Below, in pieces: positions 11,872-26,800 of a DNA stretch of 64,000 nucleotides (positions are counted from its first letter, which is position 1; each line of letters begins with the position of its first letter). The DNA is taken from contig OY986949.1 in assembly GCA_963920595.1 (NCBI GenBank), positions 1 through 64,000 of the forward strand. The letters run 5' to 3'. The notes beneath the pieces were generated by a model. That model worked only from the letters and a program-made list of their open reading frames with translations, ran no database searches and was not told where the DNA came from. The translations under genes were made by a program, and so were the position numbers. Source of the stretch: Eimeria praecox (lineage: Eukaryota).

Positions 11872-14800
11872 CGCCAACCTTTCAATAAGCATAAAATGCT
11901 GGCCTAGCATATGCATCTGCCCGACTCCCAGCACGCTACCAGTCTCCATTGTGCATCCCCTGGAATAACGAACGTGGCTGCTAGGCACCGTGGACACGGG
12001 AAGCACAGGCCCCAACCAGCCCACACATGAACGCCACAAGTAAAAGGCATTCTAAATAGCTCCTTACTGCTCCTAGTCATTCAATCATCTAGGATACCCA
12101 CGCCGCAATTTCATGACTGCCGCTGTGCCTGGGCGGTCAATAAAAACACACTTTCTGATTCAACAAGCAAATTCTATCGACCTAGCCACTTCCACCTAAC
12201 CTCCTGGTGTTAAAAACGCCAAGAGCCAAACCAGCTTCAGCGCATGCACTTCGTCATACAACGAAGGAGCACTCTGCACATACGTTCACAGCCTCGCGAG
12301 TTCATAATTCAAATTCTTTCTTCGCAGAGCCACCGTCTCGCAGGCGCAAAAGGTCCTGCGTATATCATGGGCTGATGCAGTTTCCCACGCACCTCATAGC
12401 TAAGGAAAACTCCACAAAACCTGCACCATCGCTCCCAGCCATCACTGCTGCCAGACACATGCGCAGTGCGACCCAAAAAAAAGAAGTGCATCGCCATGCA
12501 AACCAAATTATATAAGCTGCATTTGAGCCTGGTTTGCCTACGCCTGGTCTCCTTTTCATCACCCCAGTTCCCACACACCACCAGCCGCTCTCATCCATCC
12601 AACAGTTGACACCCCTCACAACCATCGATCCTAGCCAAACCTATCATAAGCAAACGCCCACCCCTCACTGCGTGCTACGAGAACCGGCACCTCACAAAAT
12701 GCAATATCAGCGGCATCTTTGCGCTGCTAACACTCCAACTACCCACCCTACACGACACCCATTCACGCAGCCAAGCAAGCCACACTGTCCCTCATCAACA
12801 GACAACCTCCTTGCTGGTGTCCAAGCCACTCACACACACTGACCACTGTTAAGAATCCGCAAGCCCTGTGCAGTTGTTCCCACAACCGTCAAGATAGTCT
12901 AACCGCAGCAAGGCAGAACTTGTCATCTCTCACTGATCGCATGCGGCCGACGCTCCATCCTGCACTGGCTTCTTGGCGCCCCTCTAAAAGAGCATGACAA
13001 TGTGCAGCGAAATCCTCCTTGTTGCATATTGCAACCTCTCACAACTCTTCTGCCCGCAATCGACTTATCCAAGCTCTGTTTGGCGCCTGCCACACTGCCC
13101 TCAATGCAACGCAGCCTAATCGTCCTCGCTTTCGCGTTCCATCACGGCGCCTCCAATGCTCACCTCCTGCTGGAGCTCAAGCATGCCTTAACGCATACCA
13201 ACACTACTTTGCATGCTCCTCTCAGCCATTCGGCGCCAAACCCTTGCGCTCCAGGCAGCAATTGCCGTCAAACCGCATTAATTGCACACCCACAGGGACC
13301 AGTATAGACGCAAAGCAAACATGCAGGAGGTGCCTGATCGTAATCGTAGCACACTGCATCACCACCCACCCCTGGCACACCTTTCAAGTGCATCCTCAAC
13401 AACAGGCTCTGACACAATGCATGGTCTCGCCGCATGCTTCGAAAAAGGAACCCCATATGCCTAACGCAATTCCTCACCACTCATAACCATGCCGCGTTGC
13501 TTTCTCCACCCAGCCGCCCGTCAGCGGCTGCCTATCTTTCCTATGCTCATCATGTACCTCGCCAACCCCTCAATAAGCATAAAATGCTGGCCTAGCGTAT
13601 GCATTTGCCCGACTCCCAGCACGCTACCAGTCTCCATTGTGCATCCCCTGGAATAACGAACGTGGCTGCTAGACACCGCGGACACGGGAAGCACAGGCCC
13701 CAACCAGCCCACACATGAACGCCTCAAGTAAAAGGCATTCACTATAGCTCCTTACTGCTCCTAGTCATTCAATCATCTAGGATACCCACGCCGCAATTTC
13801 ATGACTGACGCTGTGCCTGGGCGGTCAATAAAAACACACTTTCTGATTCAACAAGCAAATTCTATCGACCTAGCCACTTCCACCTAACCTCCTGGTGTTA
13901 AAAACGCCAAGAGCCAAACCAGCTTCAGCGCATGCACCTGCTCATACAACGAAGGAGCACTCTGCACATACGTCCACAGCCTCGCGAGTTCATAATTCAA
14001 ATTCTTTCTTCGCAGAGCCACCGTCTCGCAGGCGCAAAAGGTCCTGCGTATATCATGGGCTGTAGTTTCCCACGCACCTCATAGCTAAGGAAAACTCCAC
14101 AAAATCTGCACCATCGCTCCCAGCCATCACTGCTGCCAGACACATGCGCAGTGCGACCCAAAAAAAAGAAGTGCATCGCCATGCAAACCAAATTATATAA
14201 GCTGCATTTGAGCCTGGTTTGCCTACGCCTGGTCTCCTTTTCATCACCCCAGTTCCCACACACCACCAGCCGCTCTCATCCATCCAACAGTTGACACCCC
14301 TCACAACCATCGATCCTAGCCAAACCTATCATAAGCAAACGCCCACCCCTCACTGCGTGCTACGAGAACCGGCACCTCACAAAATGCAATATCAGCGGCA
14401 TCTTTGCGCTGCTAACACTCCAACTACCCACCCTACACGACACCCATTCACGCAGCCAAGCAAGCCACACTGTCCCTCATCAACAGACAACCTCCTTGCT
14501 GGTGTCCAAGCCACTCACACACACTGACCACTGTTAAGAATCCGCAAGCCCTGTGCAGTTGTTCCCACAACCGTCAAGATAGTCTAACCGCAGCAAGGCA
14601 GAACTTGTCATCTCTCACTGATCGCATGCGGCCGACGCTCCATCCTGCACTGGCTTCTTGGCGCCCCTCTAAAAGAGCATGTCAATGTGCAGCGAAATCC
14701 TCCTTGTTGCATATTGCAACCTCTCACAACTCTTCTGCCCGCAATCGACTTATCCAAGCTCTGTTTGACGCCTGCCACACTGCCCTCAATGCAACGCAGC

Positions 14801-17800
14801 CTAATCGTCCTCGCTTTCGCGTTCCATCACGGCGCCTCCAATGCTCACCTCCTGCTGGAGCTCAAGCATGCCTTAACGCATACCAACACTACTTTGCATG
14901 CTCCTCTCAGCCATTCGGCGCCAAACCCTTGCGCTCCAGGCAGCAATTGCCGTCAAACCGCATTAATTGCACACCCACAGGGACCAGTATAGACGCAAAG
15001 CAAACATGCAGGAGGTGCCTGATCGTAATCGTAGCACACTGCATCACCACCCACCCCTGGCACACCTTTCAAGTGCATCCTCAACAACAGGCTCTGACAC
15101 AATGCATGGTCTCGCCGCATGCTTCGAAAAAGGAACCCCATATGCCTAACGCAATTCCTCACCACTCATAACCATGCCGCGTTGCTTTCTCCACCCAGCC
15201 GCCCGTCAGCGGCTGCCTATCTTTCCTATGCTCATCATGTACCTCGCCAACCCCTCAATAAGCATAAAATGCTGGCCTAGCGTATGCATTTGCCCGACTC
15301 CCAGCACGCTACCAGTCTCCATTGTGCATCCCCTGGAATAACGAACGTGGCTGCTAGACACCGCGGACACGGGAAGCACAGGCCCCAACCAGCCCACACA
15401 TGAACGCCACAAGTAAAAGGCATTCAACGTAGCTCCTTACTCCTACTAGTCACTCAATCATCTAGGACACCCACGCCGCAATTTCATGGCTGACGCTGTG
15501 CCTGGGCGGTCAATAAAAACACACTTTCTGATTCAACAAGCAAATTCTATCGACCTAGCCACTTCCACCTAACCTCCTGGTGTTAAAAACGCCAAGAGCC
15601 AAGTCAGCTTCAGCGCATGCACTTCCTTATACAACGAAGGAGCACTCTGCACATACGTTCACAGCCTCGCGAGTTCATAATTCAAATTCTTTCTTCGCAG
15701 AGCCACCGTCTCGCAGGCGCAAAAGGTCCTGCGTATATCATGGGCTGATGCAGTTTCCCACGCACCTCATAGCTAAGGAAAACTCCACAAAACCTGCACC
15801 ATCGCTCCCAGCCATCACTGCTGCCAGACACATGCGCAGTGCGACCCAAAAAAAAGAAGTGCATCGCCATGCAAACCAAATTATATAAGCTGCATTTGAG
15901 CCTGGTTTGCCTACGCCTGGTCTCCTTTTCATCACCCCAGTTCCCACACACCACCAGCCGCTCTCATCCATCCAACAGTTGACACCCCTCACAACCGTCG
16001 ATCCTAGCCAAACCTATCATAAGCAAACGCCCACCCCTCATTGCGTGCTACGAGAACGGGAGCCTCACACATGCAATATCAGCGGCATCTTTGCGCTGCT
16101 AACACTCCAACTACCCACCCTACACGACACCCATTCACGCAGCCAACCAAGCCACACTGTCCCTCATCAACAGACAACCTCCTTGCTGGTGTCCAAGCCA
16201 CTCACACACACTGACCACTGTTAAGAATCCGCAAGCCCTGTGCAGTTGTCCCCACAACCGTCAAGATAGTCTAACCGCAGCAAGGCAGAACTTGTCGTCT
16301 CCCACTGATCGCATGCGGCCGACGCTCCATCCTGCACTGGCTTCTTGGCGCCCCTCTAAAAGAGCATGTCAATGTGCAGCGAAATCCTCCTTGTTACATA
16401 CTGCAACCTCTCACAACTCTTCTGCTCGCCATCAGCGGGCTTATCCAAGCTCTGTTTGACGCCTGCCACACTGCCCTCAATGCAACGCAGCCTAATCGTC
16501 CTCGCTTTCGCGTTCCATCACGGCGCCTCCAATGCTCACCTCCTGCTGGAGCTCAAGCATGCCTTAACGCATACCAACACTACTTTGCATGCTCCTCTCA
16601 GCCATTCCGCACCAAACCCTTGCGCTCCAGGCAGCAAGTGCCGTCAAACCGCATTAATTGCACACCCACAGGGACCAGTATAGACGCAAAGCAAACATGC
16701 AGGAGGTGCCTGATCGTAATCGTAGCACACTGCATCACCACCCACCCCTGGCACACATTTCAAGTGCATCCTCAACAACAGGCTCTGACACAATGCATGG
16801 CCCCGCCACATGCTTCGAAAACGCACCTCATGTGCCTAACGCCATTCCCCGCCACTCATAACCATGCCGCGTTGCTTTCTCCACCCAGCCGCCCGTCAGC
16901 GGCCGCCTACCTTTCCTATGCTCATCGTGTACCTCGCCAACCATTCAATAAGCATAAAATGCTGGCCTAGCGTATGCATCTGCCCGACTCCCAGCACGCT
17001 ACCAGTCTCCATTGTGCATCCCCTGGAATAACGAACGTGGCTGCTAGACACCGCGGACACGGGAAGCACAGGCCCCAACCAGCCCACACATGAACGCCAC
17101 AAGTAAAAGGTATTCAATATAGCTCCTTGCTGCTCCTAGTCATTCAATCATCTAGGACACCCACGCCGCAATTTCATGACTGACGCTGTGCCTGGGCTGT
17201 CAATAAAAACACACTTCCTGATTCAACAAGCAAATTCTATCGACCTAGCCACTTCCACCTAACCTCCTGGTGTTAAAAACGCCAAGAGCCAAATCAGCTT
17301 CAGCGCATGCACTTCGTTATACAACGAAGGAGCACTCTGCACATACGTTCACAGCCTCGCGAGTTCATAATTCAAATTCTTTCTTCGCAGAGCCACCGTC
17401 TCGCAGGCGCAAAAGGTCCTGCGTATATCATGGGCTGATGCAGTTTCCCACGCACCTCATAGCTAAGGAAAACTCAACAAAACCTGCACCATCGCTCCCA
17501 GCCATCACTGCTGCCAGACACATGCGCAGTGCGACCCAAAAAAAAGAAGTGCATCGCCATGCAAACCAAATTATATAAACTGCATTTGAGCCTGGTTTGC
17601 CTACGCCTGGTCTCCTTTTCATCACCCCAGTTCCCACACACCACCAGCCGCTCTCATCCATCCAACAGTTGACACCCCTCACAACCGTCGATCCTAGCCA
17701 AACCTATCATAAGCAAACGCCCACACCTCATTGCGTGCGACGAGAACGGGAGCCTCACACATGCAATATCAGCGGCATCTTTGCGCTGCTAACACTCCAA

Positions 17801-20800
17801 CTACCCACCCTACACGACACCCATTCACGCAGCCAAGCAAGCCACACTGTCCCTCATCAACAGACAACCTCCTTGCTGGTGTCCAAGCCACTCACACACA
17901 CTGACCACTGTTAAGAATCCGCAAGCCCTGTGCAGTTGTCCCCACAACCGTCAAGATAGTCTAACCGCAGCAAGGCAGAACGTGTCACCTCTCACTGATC
18001 GCATGCGGCCGACGCTCCATCCTGCACTGGCTTCTTGGCGCCCCTCTAAAAGAGCATGTCAATGTGCAGCGAAATCCTCCTTGTTGCATACTGCAACCTC
18101 TCACAACTCTTCTGCTCGCCATCAGCGGGCTTATCCAAGCTCTGTTTGACGCCTGCCACACTGCCCTCAATGCAACGCAGCCTAATCGTCCTCGCTTTCG
18201 CGTTCCATCACGGCGCCTCCAATGCTCACCTCCTGCTGGAGCTCAAGCATGCCTTAACGCATACCAACACTACTTTGCATGCTCCTCTCAGCCATTCGGC
18301 GCCAAACCCTTGCGCTCCAGGCAGCAATTGCCGTCAAACCGCATTAATTGCACACCCACAGGGACCAGTATAGACGCAAAGCAAACGTGCAGGAGGTGCC
18401 TGATCGTAATCGTAGCACACTGCATCACCACCCACCCCTGGCACACATTTCAAGTGCATCCTCAACAACAGGCTCTGACACAATGCATGGCCCCGCCACA
18501 TGCTTCGAAAACGCACCTCATGTGCCTAACGCCATTCCCCACCACTCATAACCATGCCGCGTTGCTTTCTCCACCCAGCCGCCCGTCAGCGGCCGCCTAT
18601 CTTTCCTATGCCCATCATGTACTTCGCCAACCCCTCAATAAGCATAAAATGCTGGCCTAGCGTATGCGTTTGCCCGACTCCCAGCACGCTACCAGTCTCC
18701 ATTGTGCATCCCCTGGAATAACGAACGTGGCTGCTAGACACCGCGGACACGGGAAGCACAGGCCCCAACCAGCCCACACATGAACGCCACAAGTAAAAGG
18801 CATTCAACGTAGCTCCTTACTCCTACTAGTCACTCAATCATCTAGGACACCCACGCCGCAATTTCATGGCTGACGCTGTGCCTGGGCGGTCAATAAAAAC
18901 ACACTTTCTGATTCAACAAGCAAATTCTATCGACCTAGCCACTTCCACCTAACCTCCTGGTGTTAAAAACGCCAAGAGCCAAGTCAGCTTCAGCGCATGC
19001 ACTTCCTTATACAACGAAGGAGCACTCTGCACATACGTTCACAGCCTCGCGAGTTCATAATTCAAATTCTTTCTTCGCAGAGCCACCGTCTCGCAGGCGC
19101 AAAAGGTCCTGCGTATATCATGGGCTGATGCAGTTTCCCACGCACCTCATAGCTAAGGAAAACTCCACAAAACCTGCACCATCGCTCCCAGCCATCACTG
19201 CTGCCAGACACATGCGCAGTGCGACCCAAAAAAAAGAAGTGCATCGCCATGCAAACCAAATTATATAAGCTGCATTTGAGCCTGGTTTGCCTACGCCTGG
19301 TCTCCTTTTCATCACCCCAGTTCCCACACACCACCAGCCGCTCTCATCCATCCAACAGTTGACACCCCTCACAACCGTCGATCCTAGCCAAACCTATCAT
19401 AAGCAAACGCCCACCCCTCATTGCGTGCTACGAGAACGGGAGCCTCACACATGCAATATCAGCGGCATCTTTGCGCTGCTAACACTCCAACTACCCACCC
19501 TACACGACACCCATTCACGCAGCCAACCAAGCCACACTGTCCCTCATCAACAGACAACCTCCTTGCTGGTGTCCAAGCCACTCACACACACTGACCACTG
19601 TTAAGAATCCGCAAGCCCTGTGCAGTTGTCCCCACAACCGTCAAGATAGTCTAACCGCAGCAAGGCAGAACTTGTCGTCTCCCACTGATCGCATGCGGCC
19701 GACGCTCCATCCTGCACTGGCTTCTTGGCGCCCCTCTAAAAGAGCATGTCAATGTGCAGCGAAATCCTCCTTGTTACATACTGCAACCTCTCACAACTCT
19801 TCTGCTCGCCATCAGCGGGCTTATCCAAGCTCTGTTTGACGCCTGCCACACTGCCCTCAATGCAACGCAGCCTAATCGTCCTCGCTTTCGCGTTCCATCA
19901 CGGCGCCTCCAATGCTCACCTCCTGCTGGAGCTCAAGCATGCCTTAACGCATACCAACACTACTTTGCATGCTCCTCTCAGCCATTCCGCACCAAACCCT
20001 TGCGCTCCAGGCAGCAAGTGCCGTCAAACCGCATTAATTGCACACCCACAGGGACCAGTATAGACGCAAAGCAAACATGCAGGAGGTGCCTGATCGTAAT
20101 CGTAGCACACTGCATCACCACCCACCCCTGGCACACATTTCAAGTGCATCCTCAACAACAGGCTCTGACACAATGCATGGCCCCGCCACATGCTTCGAAA
20201 ACGCACCTCATGTGCCTAACGCCATTCCCCGCCACTCATAACCATGCCGCGTTGCTTTCTCCACCCAGCCGCCCGTCAGCGGCCGCCTACCTTTCCTATG
20301 CTCATCGTGTACCTCGCCAACCATTCAATAAGCATAAAATGCTGGCCTAGCGTATGCATCTGCCCGACTCCCAGCACGCTACCAGTCTCCATTGTGCATC
20401 CCCTGGAATAACGAACGTGGCTGCTAGACACCGCGGACACGGGAAGCACAGGCCCCAACCAGCCCACACATGAACGCCACAAGTAAAAGGTATTCAATAT
20501 AGCTCCTTGCTGCTCCTAGTCATTCAATCATCTAGGACACCCACGCCGCAATTTCATGACTGACGCTGTGCCTGGGCTGTCAATAAAAACACACTTCCTG
20601 ATTCAACAAGCAAATTCTATCGACCTAGCCACTTCCACCTAACCTCCTGGTGTTAAAAACGCCAAGAGCCAAATCAGCTTCAGCGCATGCACTTCGTTAT
20701 ACAACGAAGGAGCACTCTGCACATACGTTCACAGCCTCGCGAGTTCATAATTCAAATTCTTTCTTCGCAGAGCCACCGTCTCGCAGGCGCAAAAGGTCCT

Positions 20801-23800
20801 GCGTATATCATGGGCTGATGCAGTTTCCCACGCACCTCATAGCTAAGGAAAACTCAACAAAACCTGCACCATCGCTCCCAGCCATCACTGCTGCCAGACA
20901 CATGCGCAGTGCGACCCAAAAAAAAGAAGTGCATCGCCATGCAAACCAAATTATATAAGCTGCATTTGAGCCTGGTTTGCCTACGCCTGGTCTCCTTTTC
21001 ATCACCCCAGTTCCCACACACCACCAGCCGCTCTCATCCATCCAACAGTTGACACCCCTCACAACCGTCGATCCTAGCCAAACCTATCATAAGCAAACGC
21101 CCACACCTCATTGCGTGCGACGAGAACGGGAGCCTCACACATGCAATATCAGCGGCATCTTTGCGCTGCTAACACTCCAACTACCCACCCTACACGACAC
21201 CCATTCACGCAGCCAAGCAAGCCACACTGTCCCTCATCAACAGACAACCTCCTTGCTGGTGTCCAAGCCACTCACACACACTGACCACTGTTAAGAATCC
21301 GCAAGCCCTGTGCAGTTGTCCCCACAACCGTCAAGATAGTCTAACCGCAGCAAGGCAGAACGTGTCACCTCTCACTGATCGCATGCGGCCGACGCTCCAT
21401 CCTGCACTGGCTTCTTGGCGCCCCTCTAAAAGAGCATGTCAATGTGCAGCGAAATCCTCCTTGTTGCATACTGCAACCTCTCACAACTCTTCTGCTCGCC
21501 ATCAGCGGGCTTATCCAAGCTCTGTTTGACGCCTGCCACACTGCCCTCAATGCAACGCAGCCTAATCGTCCTCGCTTTCGCGTTCCATCACGGCGCCTCC
21601 AATGCTCACCTCCTGCTGGAGCTCAAGCATGCCTTAACGCATACCAACACTACTTTGCATGCTCCTCTCAGCCATTCCGCACCAAACCCTTGCGCTCCAG
21701 GCAGCAAGTGCCGTCAAACCGCATTAATTGCACACCCACAGGGACCAGTATAGACGCAAAGCAAACATGCAGGAGGTGCCTGATCGTAATCGTAGCACAC
21801 TGCATCACCACCCACCCCTGGCACACCTTTCAAGTGCATCCTCAACAACAGGCTCTGACACAATGCATGGCCCCGCCACATGCTTCGAAAACGCACCTCA
21901 TGTGCCTAACGCCATTCCCCACCACTCATAACCATGCCGCGTTGCTTTCTCCACCCAGCCGCCCGTCAGCGGCCGCCTATCTTTCCTATGCTCATCATGT
22001 ACTTCGCCAACCCCTCAATTAGCATAAAATGCTGGCCTAGCGTATGCATCTGCCCGACTCCCAGCACGCTACCAGTCTCCATTGTGCATCCCCTGGAATA
22101 ACGAACGTGGCTGCTAGACACCGCGGACACGGGAAGCACAGGCCCCAACCAGCCCACACATGAACGCCACAAGTAAAAGGTATTCAATATAGCTCCTTGC
22201 TGCTCCTAGTCATTCAATCATCTAGGACACCCACGCCGCAATTTCATGACTGACGCTGTGCCTGGGCTGTCAATAAAAACACACTTCCTGATTCAACAAG
22301 CAAATTCTATCGACCTAGCCACTTCCACCTAACCTCCTGGTGTTAAAAACGCCAAGAGCCAAACCAGCTTCAGCGCATGCACTTCGTTATACAACGAAGG
22401 AGCACTCTGCACATACGTTCACAGCCTCGCGAGTTCATAATTCAAATTCTTTCTTCGCAGAGCCACCGTCTCGCAGGCGCAAAAGGTCCTGCGTATATCA
22501 TGGGCTGATGCAGTTTCCCACGCACCTCATAGCTAAGGAAAACTCAACAAAACCTGCACCATCGCTCCCAGCCATCACTGCTGCCAGACACATGCGCAGT
22601 GCGACCCAAAAAAAAGAAGTGCATCGCCATGCAAACCAAATTATATAAGCTGCATTTGAGCCTGGTTTGCCTACGCCTGGTCTCCTTTTCATCACCCCAG
22701 TTCCCACACACCACCAGCCGCTCTCATCCATCCAACAGTTGACACCCCTCACAACCGTCGATCCTAGCCAAACCTATCATAAGCAAACGCCCACACCTCA
22801 TTGCGTGCTACGAGAACGGGAGCCTCACACATGCAATATCAGCGGCATCTTTGCGCTGCTAACACTCCAACTACCCACCCTACACGACACCCGTTCACGC
22901 AGCCAAGCAAGCCACACTGTCCCTCATCAACAGACAACCTCCTTGCTGGTGTCCAAGCCACTCACACACACTGACCACTGTTAAGAATCCGCAAGCCCTG
23001 TGCAGTTGTCCCCACAACCGTCAAGATAGTCTAACCGCAGCAAGGCAGAACTTGTCATCTCTCACTGATCGCATGCGGCCGACGCTCCATCCTGCACTGG
23101 CTTCTTGGCGCCCCTCTAAAAGAGCATGTCAATGTGCAGCGAAATCCTCCTTGTTGCATACTGCAACCTCTCACAACTCTTCTGCTCGCCATCAGCGGGC
23201 TTATCCAAGCTCTGTTTGACGCCTGCCACACTGCCCTCAATGCAACGCAGCCTAATCGTCCTCGCTTTCGCGTTCCATCACGGCGCCTCCAATGCTCACC
23301 TCCTGCTGGAGCTCAAGCATGCCTTAACGCATACCAACACTACTTTGCATGCTCCTCTCAGCCATTCCGCACCAAACCCTTGCGCTCCAGGCAGCAAGTG
23401 CCGTCAAACCGCATTAATTGCACACCCACAGGGACCAGTATAGACGCAAAGCAAACATGCAGGAGGTGCCTGATCGTAATCGTAGCACACTGCATCACCA
23501 CCCACCCCTGGCACACATTTCAAGTGCATCCTCAACAACAGGCTCTGACACAATGCATGGCCCCGCCACATGCTTCGAAAACGCACCTCATGTGCCTAAC
23601 GCCATTCCCCACCACTCATAACCATGCCGCGTTGCTTTCTCCACCCAGCCGCCCGTCAGCGGCCGCCTATCTTTCCTATGCTCATCATGTACTTCGCCAA
23701 CCCCTCAATTAGCATAAAATGCTGGCCTAGCGTATGCATCTGCCCGACTCCCAGCACGCTACCAGTCTCCATTGTGCATCCCCTGGAATAACGAACGTGG

Positions 23801-26800
23801 CTGCTAGACACCGCGGACACGGGAAGCACAGGCCCCAACCAGCCCACACATGAACGCCACAAGTAAAAGGCATTCTAAATAGCTCCTTACTCCTACTAGT
23901 CACTCAATCATCTAGGACACTCACGCCGCAATTTCATGACTGACGCTGTGCCTGGGCGGTCAATAAAAACACACTTTCTGATTCAACAAGCAAATTCTAT
24001 CGACCTAGCCACTTCCACCTAACCTCCTGGTGTTAAAAACGCCAAGAGCCAAACCAGCTTCAGCGCATGCACTTCCTTATACAACGAAGGAGCACTCTGC
24101 ACATACGTTCACAGCCTCGCGAGTTCATAATTCAAATTCTTTCTTCGCAGAGCCACCGTCTCGCAGGCGCAAAAGGTCCTGCGTATATCATGGGCTGATG
24201 CAGTTTCCCACGCACCTCATAGCTAAGGAAAACTCAACAAAACCTGCACCATCGCTCCCAGCCATCACTGCTGCCAGACACATGCGCAGTGCGACCCAAA
24301 AAAAAGAAGTGCATCGCCATGCAAACCAAATTATATAAGCTGCATTTGAGCCTGGTTTGCCTACGCCTGGTCTCCTTTTCATCACCCCAGTTCCCACACA
24401 CCACCAGCCGCTCTCATCCATCCAACAGTTGACACCCCTCACAACCGTCGATCCTAGCCAAACCTATCATAAGCAAACGCCCACACCTCATTGCGTGCTA
24501 CGAGAACGGGAACCTCACACATGCAATATCAGCGGCATCTTTGCGCTGCTAACACTCCAACTACCCACCCTACACGACACCCATTCACGCAGCCAAGCAA
24601 GCCACACTGTCCCTCATCAACAGACAACCTCCTTGCTGGTGTCCAAGCCACTCACACACACTGACCACTGTTAAGAATCCGCAAGCCCTGTGCAGTTGTC
24701 CCCACAACCGTCAGGATAGTCTAACCGCAGCAAGGCAGAACTTGTCATCTCTCACTGATCGCATGCGGCCGACGCTCCATCCTGCACTGGCTTCTTGGCG
24801 CCCCTCTAAAAGAGCATGTCAATGTGCAGCGAAATCCTCCTTGTTACATACTGCAGCCTCTCACAACTCTTCTGCTCGCCATCAGCGGGCTTATCCAAGC
24901 TCTGTTTGACGCCTGCCACACTGCCCTCAATGCAACGCAGCCTAATCGTCCTCGCTTTCGCGTTCCATCACGGCGCCTCCAATGCTCACCTCCTGCTGGA
25001 GCTCAAGCATGCCTTAACGCATACCAACACTACTTTGCATGCTCCTCTCAGCCATTCCGCACCAAACCCTTGCGCTCCAGGCAGCAAGTGCCGTCAAACC
25101 GCATTAATTGCACACCCACAGGGACCAGTATAGACGCAAAGCAAACATGCAGGAGGTGCCTGATCGTAATCGTAGCACACTGCATCACCACCCACCCCTG
25201 GCACACCTTTCAAGTGCATCCTCAACAACAGGCTCTGACACAATGCATGGCCCCGCCACATGCTTCGAAAACGCACCTCATGTGCCTAACGCCATTCCCC
25301 ACCACTCATAACCATGCCGCGTTGCTTTCTCCACCCAGCCGCCCGTCAGCGGCCGCCTATCTTTCCTATGCTCATCATGTACTTCGCCAACCCCTCAATT
25401 AGCATAAAATGCTGGCCTAGCGTATGCATCTGCCCGACTCCCAGCACGCTACCAGTCTCCATTGTGCATCCCCTGGAATAACGAACGTGGCTGCTAGACA
25501 CCGCGGACACGGGAAGCACAGGCCCCAACCAGCCCACACATGAACGCCACAAGTAAAAGGCATTCTAAATAGCTCCTTACTCCTACTAGTCACTCAATCA
25601 TCTAGGACACTCACGCCGCAATTTCATGACTGCCGCTGTGCCTGGGCTGTCAATAAAAACACACTTTCTGATTCAACAAGCAAATTCTATCGACCTAGCC
25701 ACTTCCACCTAACCTCCTGGTGTTAAAAACGCCAAGAGCCAAGTCAGCTTCAGCGCATGCACTTCCTTATACAACGAAGGAGCACTCTGCACATACGTTC
25801 ACAGCCTCGCGAGTTCATAATTCAAATTCTTTCTTCGCAGAGCCACCGTCTCGCAGGCGCAAAAGGTCCTGCGTATATCATGGGCTGATGCAGTTTCCCA
25901 CGCACCTCATAGCTAAGGAAAACTCAACAAAACCTGCACCATCGCTCCCAGCCATCACTGCTGCCAGACACATGCGCAGTGCGACCCAAAAAAAAGAAGT
26001 GCATCGCCATGCAAACCAAATTATATAAGCTGCATTTGAGCCTGGTTTGCCTACGCCTGGTCTCCTTTTCATCACCCCAGTTCCCACACACCACCAGCCG
26101 CTCTCATCCATCCAACAGTTGACACCCCTCACAACCGTCGATCCTAGCCAAACCTATCATAAGCAAACGCCCACCCCTCATTGCGTGCTACGAGAACGGG
26201 AACCTCACACATGCAGTATCAGCGGCATCTTTGCGCTGCTAACACTCCAACTACCCACCCTACACGACACCCATTCACGCAGCCAACCAAGCCACACTGT
26301 CCCTCATCAACAGACAACCTCCTTGCTGGTGTCCAAGCCACTCACACACACTGACCACTGTTAAGAATCCGCAAGCCCTGTGCAGTTGTCCCCACAACCG
26401 TCAAGATAGTCTAACCGCAGCAAGGCAGAACGTGTCACCTCTCACTGATCGCGTGCGGCCGACGCTCCATCCTGCACTGGCTTCTTGGCGCCCCTCTAAA
26501 AGAGCATGTCAATGTGCAGCGAAATCCTCCTTGTTACATACTGCAACCTCTCACAACTCTTCTGCTCGCCATCAGCGGGCTTATCCAAGCTCTGTTTGAC
26601 GCCTGCCACACTGCCCTCAATGCAACGCAGCCTAATCGTCCTCGCTTTCGCGTTCCATCACGGCGCCTCCAATGCTCACCTCCTGCTGGAGCTCAAGCAT
26701 GCCTTAACGCATACCAACACTACTTTGCATGCTCCTCTCAGCCATTCCGCACCAAACCCTTGCGCTCCAGGCAGCAAGTGCCGTCAAACCGCATTAATTG

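Noticed and set aside
12195..12225. Minus-strand AFLTPGG as the RT KTAFxTPxG motif
   Set aside because: It lies upstream of the LPP...HEI...RMP RT-start motifs, which is the wrong order, so it is probably chance.
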